Assembly: GCA_012295275.1 (NCBI GenBank) | Contig: CM022677.1 | Coordinates: forward strand, 4,712,001-4,776,000 | DNA: 64,000 nucleotides | From: Chrysomallon squamiferum | Lineage: Eukaryota > Animalia > Mollusca | Direction: 5' to 3' | In this document: positions 11,176 to 25,987 of the stretch, in pieces | Numbering within the stretch: position 1 is the first letter of the stretch | Layout of the letters: each line of letters starts with the position of its first letter | The notes under the pieces: generated by a model | The model's input: the letters and a program-made list of their open reading frames with translations, nothing else | Databases searched by the model: none | Told to the model about the DNA's origin: nothing | Translations under genes and position numbers: made by a program

Positions 11176-12660
11176 GGTCTAAATTTAACTTGAAATAAGT
11201 TCTAAAAGTATTTTTCAATTCAACTCTTCCCTGAAAACTGGTTTTAATATATTTTTTCATAGTTCTGATTGCTCAGATATATGTTTAGTTAATAAGTAAA
11301 ATGAATAAACATCATCTAAGCAGAAATTTATTGTTGATAAAATACTTAAAACTATATGAATTACTAATTACATTAACCTGACAAAGACATATACAAATTA
11401 GTATTAAAAGCATACAGACATTTAATCAGCTGAAAGGACATTGTTTAGATTTTACATTGTGTTTATGTTTCAGATCCTCAGTATCCTGGAGCACATGGAT
11501 ACCACACTTATCATTCCATCCCTCAACAACCTTCTCTGTATGAATACGAAACTTATCATCGCATCCCTCAGCAGTGAATGTGTTTCATCTATACACACAG
11601 TTTTGGCTGATACCCATGTATCAGAGGAGTTTTAATTTTTATTCTTCTTTGTAGATGTTTGATACAAATCTGGATTTGTTCTGAACAACATAGGTTCTGC
11701 ATGTTTGTGAACTATTTACTTTTTTTTTTAAAGTCGACCTATGAAGATGCTAGTTACACTGTATTTTATATTTATAGTATTTTTATTTGTTTTGTTCAAA
11801 GACTTTAGTATATATTTGTACAATCAGAATCAAAATTTTGGTGATTGTTCACCAGTGAAAGAAGATTTGTTCAAGTATGAGTGAATGTGTTTCATCTATA
11901 CACACAGTTTTGACTAATACATGTATCAGAGGAGTTTTTATTTTTATTCATCTTTGTAGATACAAATCTGGATTTGTTTTGTTTACTGAACAACATAGGT
12001 TCTGAATGTTTGTGAACTGTTTGCTTTTTTTATTTTTAAAAGCTACATTTGAAGATGCTAGTGAATTTTATTTGTATTTTATTTTTATAGTATTTTTTAT
12101 AAAAGTTGATTCCTTAAAATTCCATACAATACAAGACTTTTAAACAGAAAAACTTTCTATTTTACTTCATTCTCACTTAAAAATTTGTATTCCTATCTGT
12201 CCGTGTTTATAACCACCACGACCACTGTTACAATTTGTACTACTACTACTACTACTTCTACATCTACAACTACTAATAATATTACCGCTACCATGACTAC
12301 AATTTATATTCTGTAATCCTCCCTCCCTCCCTCTCTCTGCCTCTGTCTCTCTCTCTCTTATTATTATTTTTATTACTATTACTGTTGTTGTTGTTATTAT
12401 ATTCTTATTATTATTTTTATTACTATTACTGTTGTTGTTATTATTATATTCTTCAAATTATTTTATTACTAAGACTGTTGTTGTTATTATTACATCATTA
12501 TTATTATTAGAATGTGAAGAGGATTCTTTGTGTTACAGTGATAAGTACATTCGGTATGCTGGTGAGTTAATAACATTTAGAGGACATAAAATGACAGGAG
12601 AGTTTAGATAATATTAATATTCATTAGATGAAAAACAGATTAGTTTGGATAGAAGATTAG

Positions 12661-13131
12661 CAGGTCAGTGAGTGTGAAATATCTGATGACTGTTCCAGTG
12701 ACAGCTCAGACAGAGAGGACACGAAACTGAAATCTGTCAGACGATGTACAGCGCAGATTAGAAACTATTTACATTAACTGAACAAAAACAGTCTGAGTGA
12801 ATCAGAAAAAGAACTAAAGTTGGAAATAGACAGCAAGGAAAAACATTCTGATGAATCAAAGCTTCAGGAAAATAGTTGAGAAAAGGAAGATTCTGCGTAC
12901 CTAAATATACAAGAGATACACGAGAATTTAACTCACAGAGAAGACAAAGAGAACGTGTTAAACAATGACATGTCTGGGAAAAGTGAAAACTTAAAATCAG
13001 AGACTGTTGATGAAGCAAGAGATGATAATACACACAATGTTGTAAATTATCAAACACAAGATGAAACTGCGTATTTTAACCCACAGATATACAATGAAAG
13101 ACTCATCGGATTAATGATAACATTTAAGTAA
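12661..13131 (+). pseudogene. Decayed charged/acidic coding segment, unidentified
   Basis: About 155 codons in one frame with only 2 internal stops (QVSECEISDDCSSDSSDRED...SESEKELKLEIDSKEKHSDESK...), unusual in DNA this AT-rich. Confidence 0.45.
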
Positions 13132-13397
13132 GTTAAAGCACTTACTTTAAACCAGAAGTCTTAGTGTGAAAGAGGGAAATTTGGAGTAAACCCAGTGAAA
13201 TGCCTCATGAGTTATCTCCTTTTACACAATATTCACATCGTATAATCTCAGCTAGCAATTCAGAAAGTACAAACGTTTTAGTTACATTTTCCTCCTCAAT
13301 ATCTGTACATATAATTATATTAAGCCTTTTATACAAATTGTTAAATCTGAATATTTTGCAGTTAAATAAAATATTAATATTTTTGTTCTGTTTATTT

Positions 13398-13545
<148 letters not shown>

Positions 13546-14031
13546 CAATATGAATGCAGTGAATTATTCAGAGTTAGTCCAGCCGGAGCAAGATACTTAT
13601 CTCCCTTATGTCGTTGTATATGTGTGTATTCATATATGTAAGTATGTATATTTATGTGTTTGTAGTATCTATACATGAGGTTATATGTGTATATATATAT
13701 ACAATCAATCGCATACACATACGCACATACATATATGTATACATGCATGTATCTGTAAATGTGTGTCTGTATCTCTGTGCGTGTGAATGTGTATATGTTA
13801 TGTTTACGTATAATCATATGTAAACTTGTATGTAGATGTTTTAATACTACATAAACAAAGATATCAGTGTAGCAGGGTACTTCCATGTTTAGTTTTTTGT
13901 GAAATCCCTTTCCACAGTACGTGCGTATGAAAGGCTTGTAATTGGTGTGAGTGCGATGTGTGTGTGTGTAGATTCGAGGCTCGGTTGAAGGCTTTGGAGC
14001 ACGTGACACGTATGGCTTGATAGTTGTGTGC

Positions 14032-14280
<249 letters not shown>

Positions 14281-15008
14281 TTCCTGTAATACATTTTGAA
14301 ACTCATTTTCTTTGTTTTCCCCGACTGTTAGTTGTATGGGTTGTGGTGTATATCAGAAAGAATTTCATGTAACAAAAATAATTAAAATCTACGTAATAAA
14401 TAAATAAATAAATTTAAAAACAGTGTTGCGTTTTTCTTCCCCATTACATGATATTCTGTAAATCTTAACCAAGCGAAATTTGTTGTAAAGTGCTTTATGC
14501 ACGTCTCTAAGGAGAAAAGGTTACTCAGCAAGTCATTTTTTTTATATATATAACCTTCACTACCACTAAGATTGTACCTCGATATTAAAGATAAACACAA
14601 CTTGCTAAAAGAAAAAAAGGTGAACCCTAAACATATTAACGTTTTAGATTTCCTAATTTATCCGTACTAAAAGTATTTAATCGTCTATATCTTAATTAAT
14701 CTTCATATACAACCTGTCACAGAAAACGTCTTTTCGCTTACACAGCCAGTGATTTCCAAAAAAAAAAAAAAAAATTAAAAACAAAATTTAAAAAAATAAA
14801 AGGAATCGTAAGAGGCCCTAACAGGGACTATTACAATTGGAAATGAAAACATTACAAAAATGCTTGTACATCGATTATGATACGAGACTGAAACAAGGCA
14901 AACAATATCCAGAAAGATTCCATTATTTATTTATTTTTGTAATTATTATATCACTTACAGACTGAAGTTTATTATTATTATTATTACTGTTTTTATTATT
15001 ATTATTAC

Positions 15009-15069
<61 letters not shown>

Positions 15070-15159
15070 TGTATGTGTGTATATATAACCAAAACATCAT
15101 CTACTAAAATAAATTTTATTTTATCACTTTTTGTAACTATGTAAGTTTGTTCTGCAGTA

Positions 15160-15329
15160 TGAGTGTGTGTGTGTGTGCTGTATTGTTTGTGTGTAGAGCT
15201 GTTTATCAATTAATATTTATTTGTTGTAGTGTGATGGGAAGATCTGTGTTTTCAAATGATAAAACAGAGTTTTGAAGATGACCAGGAGTCACTGAGTAAA
15301 GACAAAGTTATTTAGTGCATCTCTGTGTC

Positions 15330-15423
<94 letters not shown>

Positions 15424-15653
15424 TGTGTGTGTGTGTGTGTGTGTCTGAGTGTGTATGTGTGTGCTGTGTTGTTTGTGTGTAGAGCTGTTTATCAATTAAT
15501 ATTTATTTGTTGTAGTGTGATGGGAAGAACTGTTTTTCAAATGATAAAACAGAGTTTTGAAGATGACCAGGAGCCACTGAGTAAAGACAAAGTTATTTAG
15601 TGCATCTCTGTGTGTGTGTGTGTGTTTATGTGTGTGTGTATGTGTGTCTGTGT

Positions 15654-15687
<34 letters not shown>

Positions 15688-15930
15688 CTGTGTGTGTTGT
15701 GTGTGTTTGTATTGTTTGTGTGTAGAGCTGTTTATCAATTAATATTTATTTGTTGTAGTGTGATGGGAAGAACTGTTTTCAAATGATAAAACAGAGTTTT
15801 GAAGATGACCAGGAGCCACTGAGTAAAGACAAAGTTATTTAGTGCATCTCTGTGTGTGTGTGTGTGTGTATGTGTGTGTGTGTGTGTATATGTGTGTGTG
15901 TCTATATGTGTGTGTGTGTATGTGGTGTGT
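15160..15930 (+). repeat. Triplicated ~135-bp exon-like unit separated by (GT)n tracts
   Basis: agagctgtttatcaattaatatttatttgttgtag|tgtgatgggaagaactg...gacaaagttatttagtgcatctc occurs at ~15195, ~15481 and ~15724. Confidence 0.9.
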
Positions 15931-16737
15931 GAATGTGTATTTGTGTGGTGCATGTGTCTTATTTTATAAAGTATGTATTTGTATGGTATGCATTTTTGTC
16001 TGTTTTATATATATATATATATATATCTGTGATGTTTTTGTAATTGGGTCTGTTTATACTGTGTGTGTGTATATGTGTGTCTGTGTGTGTGTGTATCATG
16101 TCTGATAATGTGTGTGTGTGTGTATGTGGTGTGTGAATGTATATATATATATATATATTTTTGTATATATACTGTGTGTGTGTATTTTGTATTTGAGTCT
16201 GTTTATACTGTGTGTGTGTGTATATGTGTTGTATATGTTTTACATGTATTGTGTGTATGTGTGGTGTGTATTGACTTATTTTTGTTTATATGTTAAAGTG
16301 AACCTTTTTTTAAGAAATACCAAGTTTACATACTGTATGTTTCCTTATTAGCTTTAAGACTAACATTTAACAACAGATAAATAAATGTCTATGCTTTTCA
16401 GACAGGAAACACACACATACACTATGTATGTACAGTATACAGGCCATGTATTTTCCAGTTGAGTGTACTGTTAAGCAATAAACATATGTGCTCAAAATAA
16501 GGTAACCAATTTTATCATTGTCATTGTTAACACATTATCATTCTGATAATTATCATCATCATCATTATTATAGTTATTAGTATCATTTTATTGTATTAAC
16601 ATCATTATTTTTGTTACGATTTATGTTTTATTATTTATCATACCATTATTATAAATTATTATTATTGCTGCTGTTGTTGTTGTTGATGGTGTTTTATGGG
16701 TTTGGTTTTGTGTTAACATTAAATTATCAAATGATTG

Positions 16738-17797
16738 TTCTGTTTTATGATTTATTAACAAAAAGAAAACAAAATAAAAACTCTAAATGTAAGAATTATT
16801 ACTGTTTTATGATTTATTATACTGTTAACAAAAAGAAAAGAAAAACTCTAAATGTAAGAATTGTTACTGTTTTATGATTTATTATACTGTTAACAAAAAG
16901 AAAATAAAAACTCTAAATGTAAGAATTGTTACTGTTTTATGATTTATTATACTGTTAACAAAAAGAAAACAAAACAAAAACTCTAAATGCAAGAATTATT
17001 ACTGTTTTATGATTTATTATACTGTTAACAAAAAGAAAAGAAAAACTCTAAATGCAAGAATTATTACTGTTTTATGATTTATTATACTGTTAACAAAAAG
17101 AAAAGAAAAAACTCTAAATGTAAGAATTGTTACTGTTTTATGATTTATTATACTGTTAACAAAAAGAAAAGAAAAACTCTAAATGTAAGAATTGTTACTG
17201 TTTTATGATTTATTATACTGTTAACAAAAAGAAAAGAAAAACTCTAAATGTAAGAATTATTACTGTTTTATGATTTATTATACTGTTAACAAAAAAACTC
17301 TAAGAAAAACTCTAAATGTAAGAATTGTTACTGTTTTATGATTTATTATACTGTTAACAAAAAGAAAAGAAAAACTCTAAATGTAAGAATTGTTACTGTT
17401 TTATGATTTATTATACTGTTAACAAAAAGAAAAGAAAAACTCTAAATGTAAGAATTGTTACTGTTTTATGATTTATTATACTGTTAACAAAAAGAAAATA
17501 AAAACTCTAAATGTAAGAATTATTACTGTTTTATGATTTATTATACTGTTAACAAAAAGAAAAGAAAAACTCTAAATGTAAGAATTGTTACTGTTTTATG
17601 ATTTATTATACTGTTAACAAAAAAAAAGAAAAAAAACTCTAAATGTAAGAATTGTTACTGTTTTATGATTTATTATACTGTTAACAAAAAGAAAAGAAAA
17701 ACTCTAAATGTAAGAATTGTTACTGTTTTATGATTTATTATACTGTTAACAAAAAGAAAAGAAAAACTCTAAATGTAAGAATTATTACTGTTTTATG
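16738..17797. repeat. 65-bp minisatellite, ~16 copies
   Basis: ctgttttatgatttattatactgttaacaaaaagaaaagaaaaactctaaatgtaagaattgtta units. Confidence 0.95.
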
Positions 17798-19724
17798 GCA
17801 GTGATTTTGTTTATGTCTCTTTGATCCACTTAGTTTCTGTTTTTACATGATTTATATTTGATTATTTTTCCCCACTGATTAAAATAATTACTGATATTGA
17901 CAGATACAATAATTTTTAAAATGTAACTTTCTGTTTATGGTAATTTAAAAAAGAAATCTGTCTCTGTTCTCTAACTGAAATACAAACTGGTGCATTGTGG
18001 GTAAATGCATAGTCTTTCTAAAATATTTACTGAATTTAATTTTTTTTTTATTTCAGTTATCTGCTTATTTACTTATTTCATTCATTGCTATGCATTTACT
18101 TATTTAGCTGGTTACATATCTGATTTGTTTATTTATTTGTTTGTTTGTTTGTTTGTTTGTTTGATGGGAACACTGCTCTACACATCACAGCACAACAAAT
18201 GTTTTCACGTTGAAGACTTCATGGCTGCTGTCATCAACACTTTTATTAGAAACAAGGTTTTACTATTATTTTTATTTTCTTGTTAATTTTGTTATTGTCA
18301 TTGTTATTGTCATTGTTATTATTATTTTATTTTCTTGTTAATTGTGTTATTGTCATTGTTATTGTCATTGTTATTGTCATTGTTATTATTATTTTATTTT
18401 CAGGATTTGATTTATGGTGTTCTAGAGATCAGTGATCAGAAAGTGCAGGAGGCCCTATTGAGGTCAACATGTAATATCATCAACAAGGTCATATAAAGTT
18501 ATATTGGTTTAATAATCAAAATTACATAAAATAAAACAAATAATTTCTTTATAAATAATTGTTTAAAACTGAAATACTAATTATAATTATTTTGATCTCT
18601 GATTTTTTTCATTATTAAACAATGCTATTTTAACTTTATAATTTTAATATTTCAGTTTGAGTGTAGCAAGTTTTTAAATACAAATATGTTATAGAGTTGT
18701 TCAACTGAGTTTTTTTCCATGTTTAATTTTGTTCAGGTTTAATAATTAATATGTTAACTACATTAGGGTTCATATTGTATATATATATATATTATATATT
18801 TTAGAAACTGACTGCTTGTTGCTGAAAGTGGAAATCTTCCTTCAACATTTTTATTTGTGTTTGTTGCTGGTGATATGATGCCACCTCTATTTGAACTGGA
18901 CAATCATTCAGAGGTAGACAACATTTTTTTAAAAATTTTATTATTATTAATTTATGAAAATTACACTCCTTCATTATCATATATATATGGTTTATTTATT
19001 GTTGTAAATGTTGTTTTAAAATAAAGCTTCAAAGACTCAGCAGGTATAATTTTATTTTTCTCTTTGTTGTTTTTATCAGAAAAGAAACCACTGAGATTTG
19101 CTTGAAAGAGCTGAAAGCAAATTCCTCTAGTTAAAAGTTTTATAATATTAGTAAGAAATTAAATATATTTATACATTAAGTAATTAATCTAAAATATTCA
19201 AAGCATGATAAAAATAATTACAAATAAATAGGTAAAATTGTGGAAACCCTTTATTTGGCTCATGTTTTATTATGACTGTTATTTTTTAGTTTAGTTCTTA
19301 GTATTATTTACTTATTTATTTTTATTGTGATCATGATCATTATTATTTTAATTTAACATCTTCTGGGTGATGTTTTGTATTCACAAGTAATTAACTTTGA
19401 TAAGTTAGATATAATTTTTTTATAAATTTCAGTATATCACACATTTTAGTTATTTCACACAGTTCTCTGGTGTGAGACACTATGAGTCTACCTGACTGTG
19501 AAGATTTCTGGTGAAACATCAGCTGACTACAGTCTGAACAAACTGGAGGAAGAATCCCAGCTTTGTTATAAAATCTTCACTTACATCCAGCTACTCACAC
19601 TGTCAGCAGGTACTGGATTTTTAAAATCATACTTTGCTATTTTTGTAATGAAATGAAATACAATAAATACAATAAATTAAATAAAATAGAGTGAATGAAA
19701 TGGCATTAACTGCATATTAAATAT

Positions 19725-20752
19725 TTATACATATATGAATATACAAAATAAACAAATAATCAATGTCTGAGGTAAGTATATCTCATATATATATATGAAT
19801 ATATGAAATAAAGAAATAATGTGTGAAGTAAGTATATCTCATATATATATATATGAATATATGAAATAAAGAAATAATGTGTGAAGTAAGTATATCTCAT
19901 ATATATATATATGTGTGAATATATGAAATAAAGAAATAATGTGTGAAGTAAGTATATCTCATATATATATATATAGGAATATATGAAATAAAGAAATAAT
20001 GTGTGAAGTAAGTATATCTCATATATATATATGAAATATATATGAAATAAAGAAATAATGTGTGAAGTAAGTATATCTCATATATATATATATATGAATA
20101 TAAGAAATAAAGAAATAATGTGTGAAGTAAGTATATCTCATATATATATATGTGAATATATGAAATAAACAAGTAATCAGTGTGTGAAGTAAGTATATCT
20201 CATATATATATATATATATGAATATATGAAATAAACAAGTAATCAGTGTGTGAAGTAAGTATATCTCATATATATATATATATATGAATATATGAAATAA
20301 ACAAGTAATCATATGAAATAAATATATATATGAATATATGAAATAAACAAGTGTGTATGAAGTAAGTATATCTCATATATATATATATATGAATATATGA
20401 AATAAACAAGTAATCAGTGTGTGAAATAAGTATATCTGTCTATATATATATATATGAATATATGAAATAAACAAGTAATCAGTGTATGAAAGTATATCTC
20501 ATATATATATATATATATGAATATATGAAATAAACAAAATCATAAATATCTGATATATATATATATATATATGAATATAAAAATAAATAAGTGTGTGAAA
20601 TAAACAAGTAATCAGTGTATGAAGTAATATATCTCATATATATATATATATGAATATATGAAATAAACAAGTAATCAGTGTGTGAAGTAAGTATATCATA
20701 TATATATATATATATGAATATAAGAAATAAACAAGTAATCAGTGTATGAAGC
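19725..20752. repeat. ~58-65-bp minisatellite with an embedded variable (AT)n, ~17 copies
   Basis: gaagtaagtatatctc(at)n gaatatatgaaataaa... units. Confidence 0.95.
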
Positions 20753-23700
20753 TAACTAATGGTGTATTGTGTGTAATTTGTTTATTCACTCTTGTTACAC
20801 TGAGACTGTGCTGGGTTGGGCTGGTCTGACATGTACCTGTCAGTACTGCAGTTCTTACAATTAATACACTTCACAACACCCAAACACATGTAGACTAAAA
20901 TAAATATCTTATTGCAGATCTAGTGGATCATGTTCCCGTGTAGTTGCATTTATCTTGGCTCTAAATGGCTGATGAAAGGTTTTATGGAAGTTTCCAGACA
21001 ACTTTCTTCAGTGTTACTTCCAGAGCAGTGCAATGTGCCAAGAGGTCTGAAGATCCCAGCTACAGATGTGCCCATATAACATTTGTCAACCCAAAGCCAT
21101 ACTGAAAGAAAAAACCAATGCAGAATACACTGACAGACTGCAGGCATAGTACATTTGTTTGTGTGCTTTTCACAACAGACATTTTGTAGTATTAATGACA
21201 GTTTTTGTGTGTAACTAAAAAAATCTACTTTGTTGTCTTGTGATGAGTTCTGTAAACCAGCAAGAAAGAAATACAAAAACAGATACAAATAAATACATAA
21301 AACAAATGGAATAAATATCCAAATGACATGGCAAACTGATGAAATTGTATACAAATATAGTAAAACAATAAAAGTTAAATTCAAACAATTCATTATTACA
21401 ATACCGTTTACACTGTATAACAAGTTCACAGCAGTAAAATACCAATTCAGATATAATTTATCATAATATGATATGTGATTCATTATGATTTACCAAAAAT
21501 ATTTTGTTGTCTTTTATTCACTTCAATTTTTATAATGATTATCATAAGTAAACTGGCTTTTTTTGCAGGAAAGTCAAAATTAAAAGTGAAGATCTTGACC
21601 CTCTCAGAAGTGTGCATACGTCTCACAGTGTGTGTCTGGCAGACAGCTGTGAAAACACAGTGGACACACATGTTGGGAATGTTCCTACAGGCAGTGGACT
21701 TTCAACACATGTAAGGCTTTCATGTTGTAGTAAATTTACTTTTTTTAAATACATGGTGACATAAAATGAGTTGAAAATGAACACACATACAATATTTGAT
21801 CAACAGAAGACATCATACACAAATAAAATTTACCACTTAATATTTAAATACTTTTATGAGTCTGATAACTCTTTGAACATGTATACAATGTCTTCTCTCT
21901 CATTTCTGATCCTCATCTTGCAAATGGTGGAATATTTAATCTAAATTCTGTTTTTTCAACTTGCTTTTTAATGTCAAAAGCTTTATCACCCAAGAGCCTA
22001 TAACCTTTATTAAGATAACCATATTCTGATTTAATATTGCATGGATTATGTTAAGTTGTCATATATTGTTACTTTACTTCCCAGTTTAAAAGGAATACAA
22101 AGCAAATTTGAGAGAAATGTTCTGTCATAGACACAGCTCACGAATGCCATGTAACTAAATATTTATAAACCTCAATCAGTCACATTCTTCATGTATAGAG
22201 GTTTTATTACATTATAAATTGTTTATAAATGTATATGTGATACAAATAAAATATTATATAAAAATGGTTAATTTTTCCATATTTTAATTGTTTTGTTTGT
22301 ACCCTAGTATTTGTAACTGACAAAAGTAATAGTATTTATATTCATCCTGTAACAATGGGTAAATATTAGTGAAGTCCAAATTTACCATATTCCACTTTAT
22401 ATTTATGTTAATTTTCAAATGCTAGTATTGTTTTAGGATATTTCTTCTTCATTTCTATGATCCCAGGATTAGAAAGATGGAGTCGTGTCTGTGAGGGAAT
22501 CTTCTAGATGTTACTGTGTTTCTATGAGTGTCAACAGAAGCCCTGACACAAAACAACTCAACTTAAGAAGAAACTGCCAAATTGAAGTTAATTGCTTTTG
22601 TTTAAATATTACTCTCCACACTTATGTAATTAGAACTGAAGAATCTCTTAAATGATTTATGGTTCTGCTGTTTTATATACAGAACCATCCCTAACAAGTG
22701 GGGTATTTTATAAGGCAACAATACTGAAATGTCCTTGATGTTACTGTCCCAGGTCAAGTATGTGTTAGTCAGTGTAAAAATATTACAAAAGTGTTTATCT
22801 GATGCACTGCATTACTTTATTTATTAGTTGTTGTTTTCTCATTTTCAGTTGTGGAAGTATTTTATAATAGTCATAATGAGTTTATTTTTGTTCATTCTCA
22901 AAACCTTGTCACACAGTTTTGTGTCACTGGTGTTACCAGAGGTGAAGTCTGTGAGTTGAGAAATAACAGCCACTCCTAGTTGATCTTCCAACATGTAGAT
23001 GTCAGCAAAGAAGTAGTAAATGCACAAGAATGATTCTGTTTTTCTCAAATATATCAGTAAAATGAACTGATGGTTTATTCAGTGTCATTAGTGTTGTTGT
23101 CATAAACCTGGGTCACTTTGTCCTGTTTGGAGATGTCAGTCTTACGGTAGTTTTTATATTTAATCTTTCTGTGTCACTGCATCTGTTATTAAATTTCTTT
23201 GATTTCAAACCCATCTTGTTTCTTTCTTCCTTACTTATGGTTATTATTTTTATTCCTTACCCTCCTCTACCCTCTATACCCACCAATACATTGTATTTTT
23301 GCAATACAGAAATTGAGCTTCTATAAATATTAAAAACAAATTTTAAATCTTCATTTTAAAAAAATTATTAAACTATTTGTGCAGTACATTAAAATATTAG
23401 CTTTTCTTTTATTTATTTAAATATTTATTTACTTATTTATTATATTGAATATTTTAATTTACACTTACTTTTCATTACATTTATACAAAAAGTGAAAGTT
23501 AAATAGTTAACTGGTATGTGTGTGTGTTCTTGTTTTGTAATTAAAGCTACATTATTTTGGTATTTTCTTTATTTAATATTCAGTGCTAATTAATACCCTT
23601 CCTTGAAATTAAAATTGAACAGTAAATTGCAGATATATAATCATTTTCTAACTTAAGTTAGCATCATAAAGTTACAAAGGGAAAAAAAGACACTACAACC

Positions 23701-24639
23701 TAGAAACCTTTCCAGCTTAACAAAATACTTTAATCCAATAATATAAATTATTTCATGTTAGAGAAACAAATCCATTTGCCTATAAAAATATTTCCATATT
23801 ATTACTAATTTGTTATTATACTTAATATTTTAATTCTCTGCATCATCTGTAGGAACTCAGAAGTCAGGCAAATGAAATTCTTGATGATATGGACATACCT
23901 GGAAACCCTCTTGGTCTTTTCAAAGATGTCAGGGAAAGATCTCTGGCCTTGTTAATGGAAATGTGAGTGGATTTCCTAGAAATGTTGTCATGTGGTTCTA
24001 ATTCTGCAGCAAAGTTAGTTGTGGCAGTTCCCTGTATTACCTCTCTTTGAGGGAATGGTATTTTATTTAATCAGAAATAAAACTTTTAATTTTTAACTAG
24101 AAACCTTTTTATTCAAATTCAGTTTACTCTAAATTTACAACAATGTAAATAAAATGATATAAAAGCTTATGGTTTTAAATCATGCTTAGGAAATTATATT
24201 ACAAAATTACTGAATACTTTTCTTGTTTTAATAACCGTACAAATGCAAGCTTGCCTTCAGTGAATGAACTGTTTTATATTGTTAAAGAAAGAAACATTTC
24301 TTTAAGTATTTTGTTAATTTGTTGTGGTAATTGATGCAGTATTTCTCTAGAGAAGCAAAAATCAAAGAAATTATCATATATTAATATTGTTATTAGCATA
24401 ATATTTTTTGTTTTTACTATTATTGCTCTTTTTTCTTCTTTGTTTATTTATTGTTGTTTTTTTTTCTTTCCTTTTATTTTCTCTCTTTTTATGAAATTAA
24501 TAAATTGTAGATTATTTCAAGATTATGAACATCTTGTACAGGTAGCAGTTCTGTATTTGACAGGTACAATCTCCATGGAGACCAGTACACTCAGACTGGT
24601 GAACTAAGAAAAAGGGAGGTAATTCATCATTTCACATTA

Positions 24640-24935
24640 CAGCAGGTGTTAAGAGTCTGTGATATGAAACACTGGTTTTACACTCTTCATGCAGAATTCC
24701 AGGACATCACATACCCTCTTCTTTACATGTTCCTTCCAAACAAGACTCAAGCTACTTATGTCTCAGTTTTTCAACTCTTGAAGATTGAAGCAGAAAAAAA
24801 CTTCAATTTGAATCCACAGATTATCTAGACCGACTTTGAGAAAGACGTCTCCAGTGCAGCAGTGAAAGAGTTCAAGGAGATGTTTTTTCAGCAGTGCCCA
24901 ATCACTGTGGAGGAAGATTCAGCATATTGGTCATA
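24640..24935 (+). mobile_element. Mutator/MULE transposase fragment
   Basis: FYTLHAEFQDITYPLLYMFLPNKTQATYVSVFQLL...NPQII*TDFEK...SLWRKIQHIG matches the MULE DDE-domain pattern YTIH..PLVY.LLP.K...Y...DFE...WRKIQ..G. Confidence 0.85.
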
Positions 24936-25956
24936 CAAAGAAGATTCTGGTAACAGTAGTGTAAGGTTTAGAATCATCTAGTTAAAGTTCTTAGTGATTA
25001 GGTAAAAGAAAATGTGTAGTAATATACTGACAGATTAGTCTTGAAGTTTGTTTTCATTAATATATATTCTATAAAATGTTTAATCTTTTCAGTTATTTAA
25101 CACCTAATATCAAACTACATTACAATACAAATTAAAAAAAAACTAAAATAAAATAATTATTTATTTATTTATATTTACTGTTTTATTTCTTTTATATTTA
25201 TTTAATTATTCTTTAACTTACATGTCAGTTCTTACTTCAGCACAGAAAAGTTTAATAATAAGAAAAGTAACTTCCTTTAAAATGTTTATATTCAGACTGA
25301 TTTTTAACCCTTTCAGACATACATTTTTGGGATAAAAACTGTGTAATATTCCATACAGAAGTTGTGACAGTATTTCAGATACATTCAGATTGTTCTGGAT
25401 TGAAATCCATTGTTTAATTTTAGAATATGTGAATTATGAAAACAGCAAGTTTTCAAAAAGTCGACGTGTAAGTGTGTTTGAAAACAGGCTCAGTCTGATT
25501 CTTGAATTCTCCTCTTTGTCATCATAAGGAAGATGTTAATATTTTTTATTTTTCTAATTTCATGTTTTTAACACAGTTTGAAAGCAGGCTCAGTCTGATA
25601 CTTGAATTCTCCTCTTTGTCATCATAAGGAAGATGTTAATATTTTCTGTTTTTCTAATTTCATGTTTTTAACACAGAGTTGATCTTCCTTACAGCATCAT
25701 TCAGAAGATGAAGCTGACAACTGGAGATGACAAATTAGTAAACCTCATAAACCAAGAACTCAGAACATAAACTGACAACATAGAAGAGGCAAAGTAAATC
25801 GAAAAAAAAGATTTTGTTTTACTTTGGTTCTTAATTTTTATTATTTGAGGGTTTGTTAGATGTTTCTTATTTGAAATGAAATGTGTCTGTTTTCCCATCT
25901 GTCTTTCTCTTTCTGTCTGAATCTCATTATCAATATGATTTTTTATTTGATTTATC

Positions 25957-25987
<31 letters not shown>

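Larger units (their letters stand above)
4442..11577 (+). pseudogene. A1CF: A1CF/RBM46/DND1-family dsRBD gene, left copy; exons 4442-4530, 9553-9660, 9819-9933, 11474-11577; in-frame TAG at 9900-9902
   Basis: Spliced translation WLYDILPGTELSPINPVTLEPQTLKSAMQ|ILDEVCEKHWWGKPVYELDSVNHKTAAGERKMFFFQ|VTIPGLRKMFCPDKLSDTIEEAEIYAA*YVLSRLRV matches the A1CF motif LYDILPGMELTPMNPVTL..QILEEICQKNNWGQPVYQL..ITIP..KLS..EA..YAAEY. All junctions are GT-AG and phase-compatible. It is a derived paralog rather than necessarily the orthologue. Confidence 0.85.
9440..12100 (+). repeat. Outer inverted-duplication block, left arm (partner ~61230-63990)
   Basis: Reverse complement of 63990-62870 and 62625-61330 aligns by eye; intronic parts are ~98-99% identical. 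Confidence 0.95.

Noticed and set aside
20950-21483. 177-aa hydrophobic minus-strand ORF
   Set aside because: AT-rich composition with no motif; it overlaps plus-strand exon-like blocks of the pseudogene.
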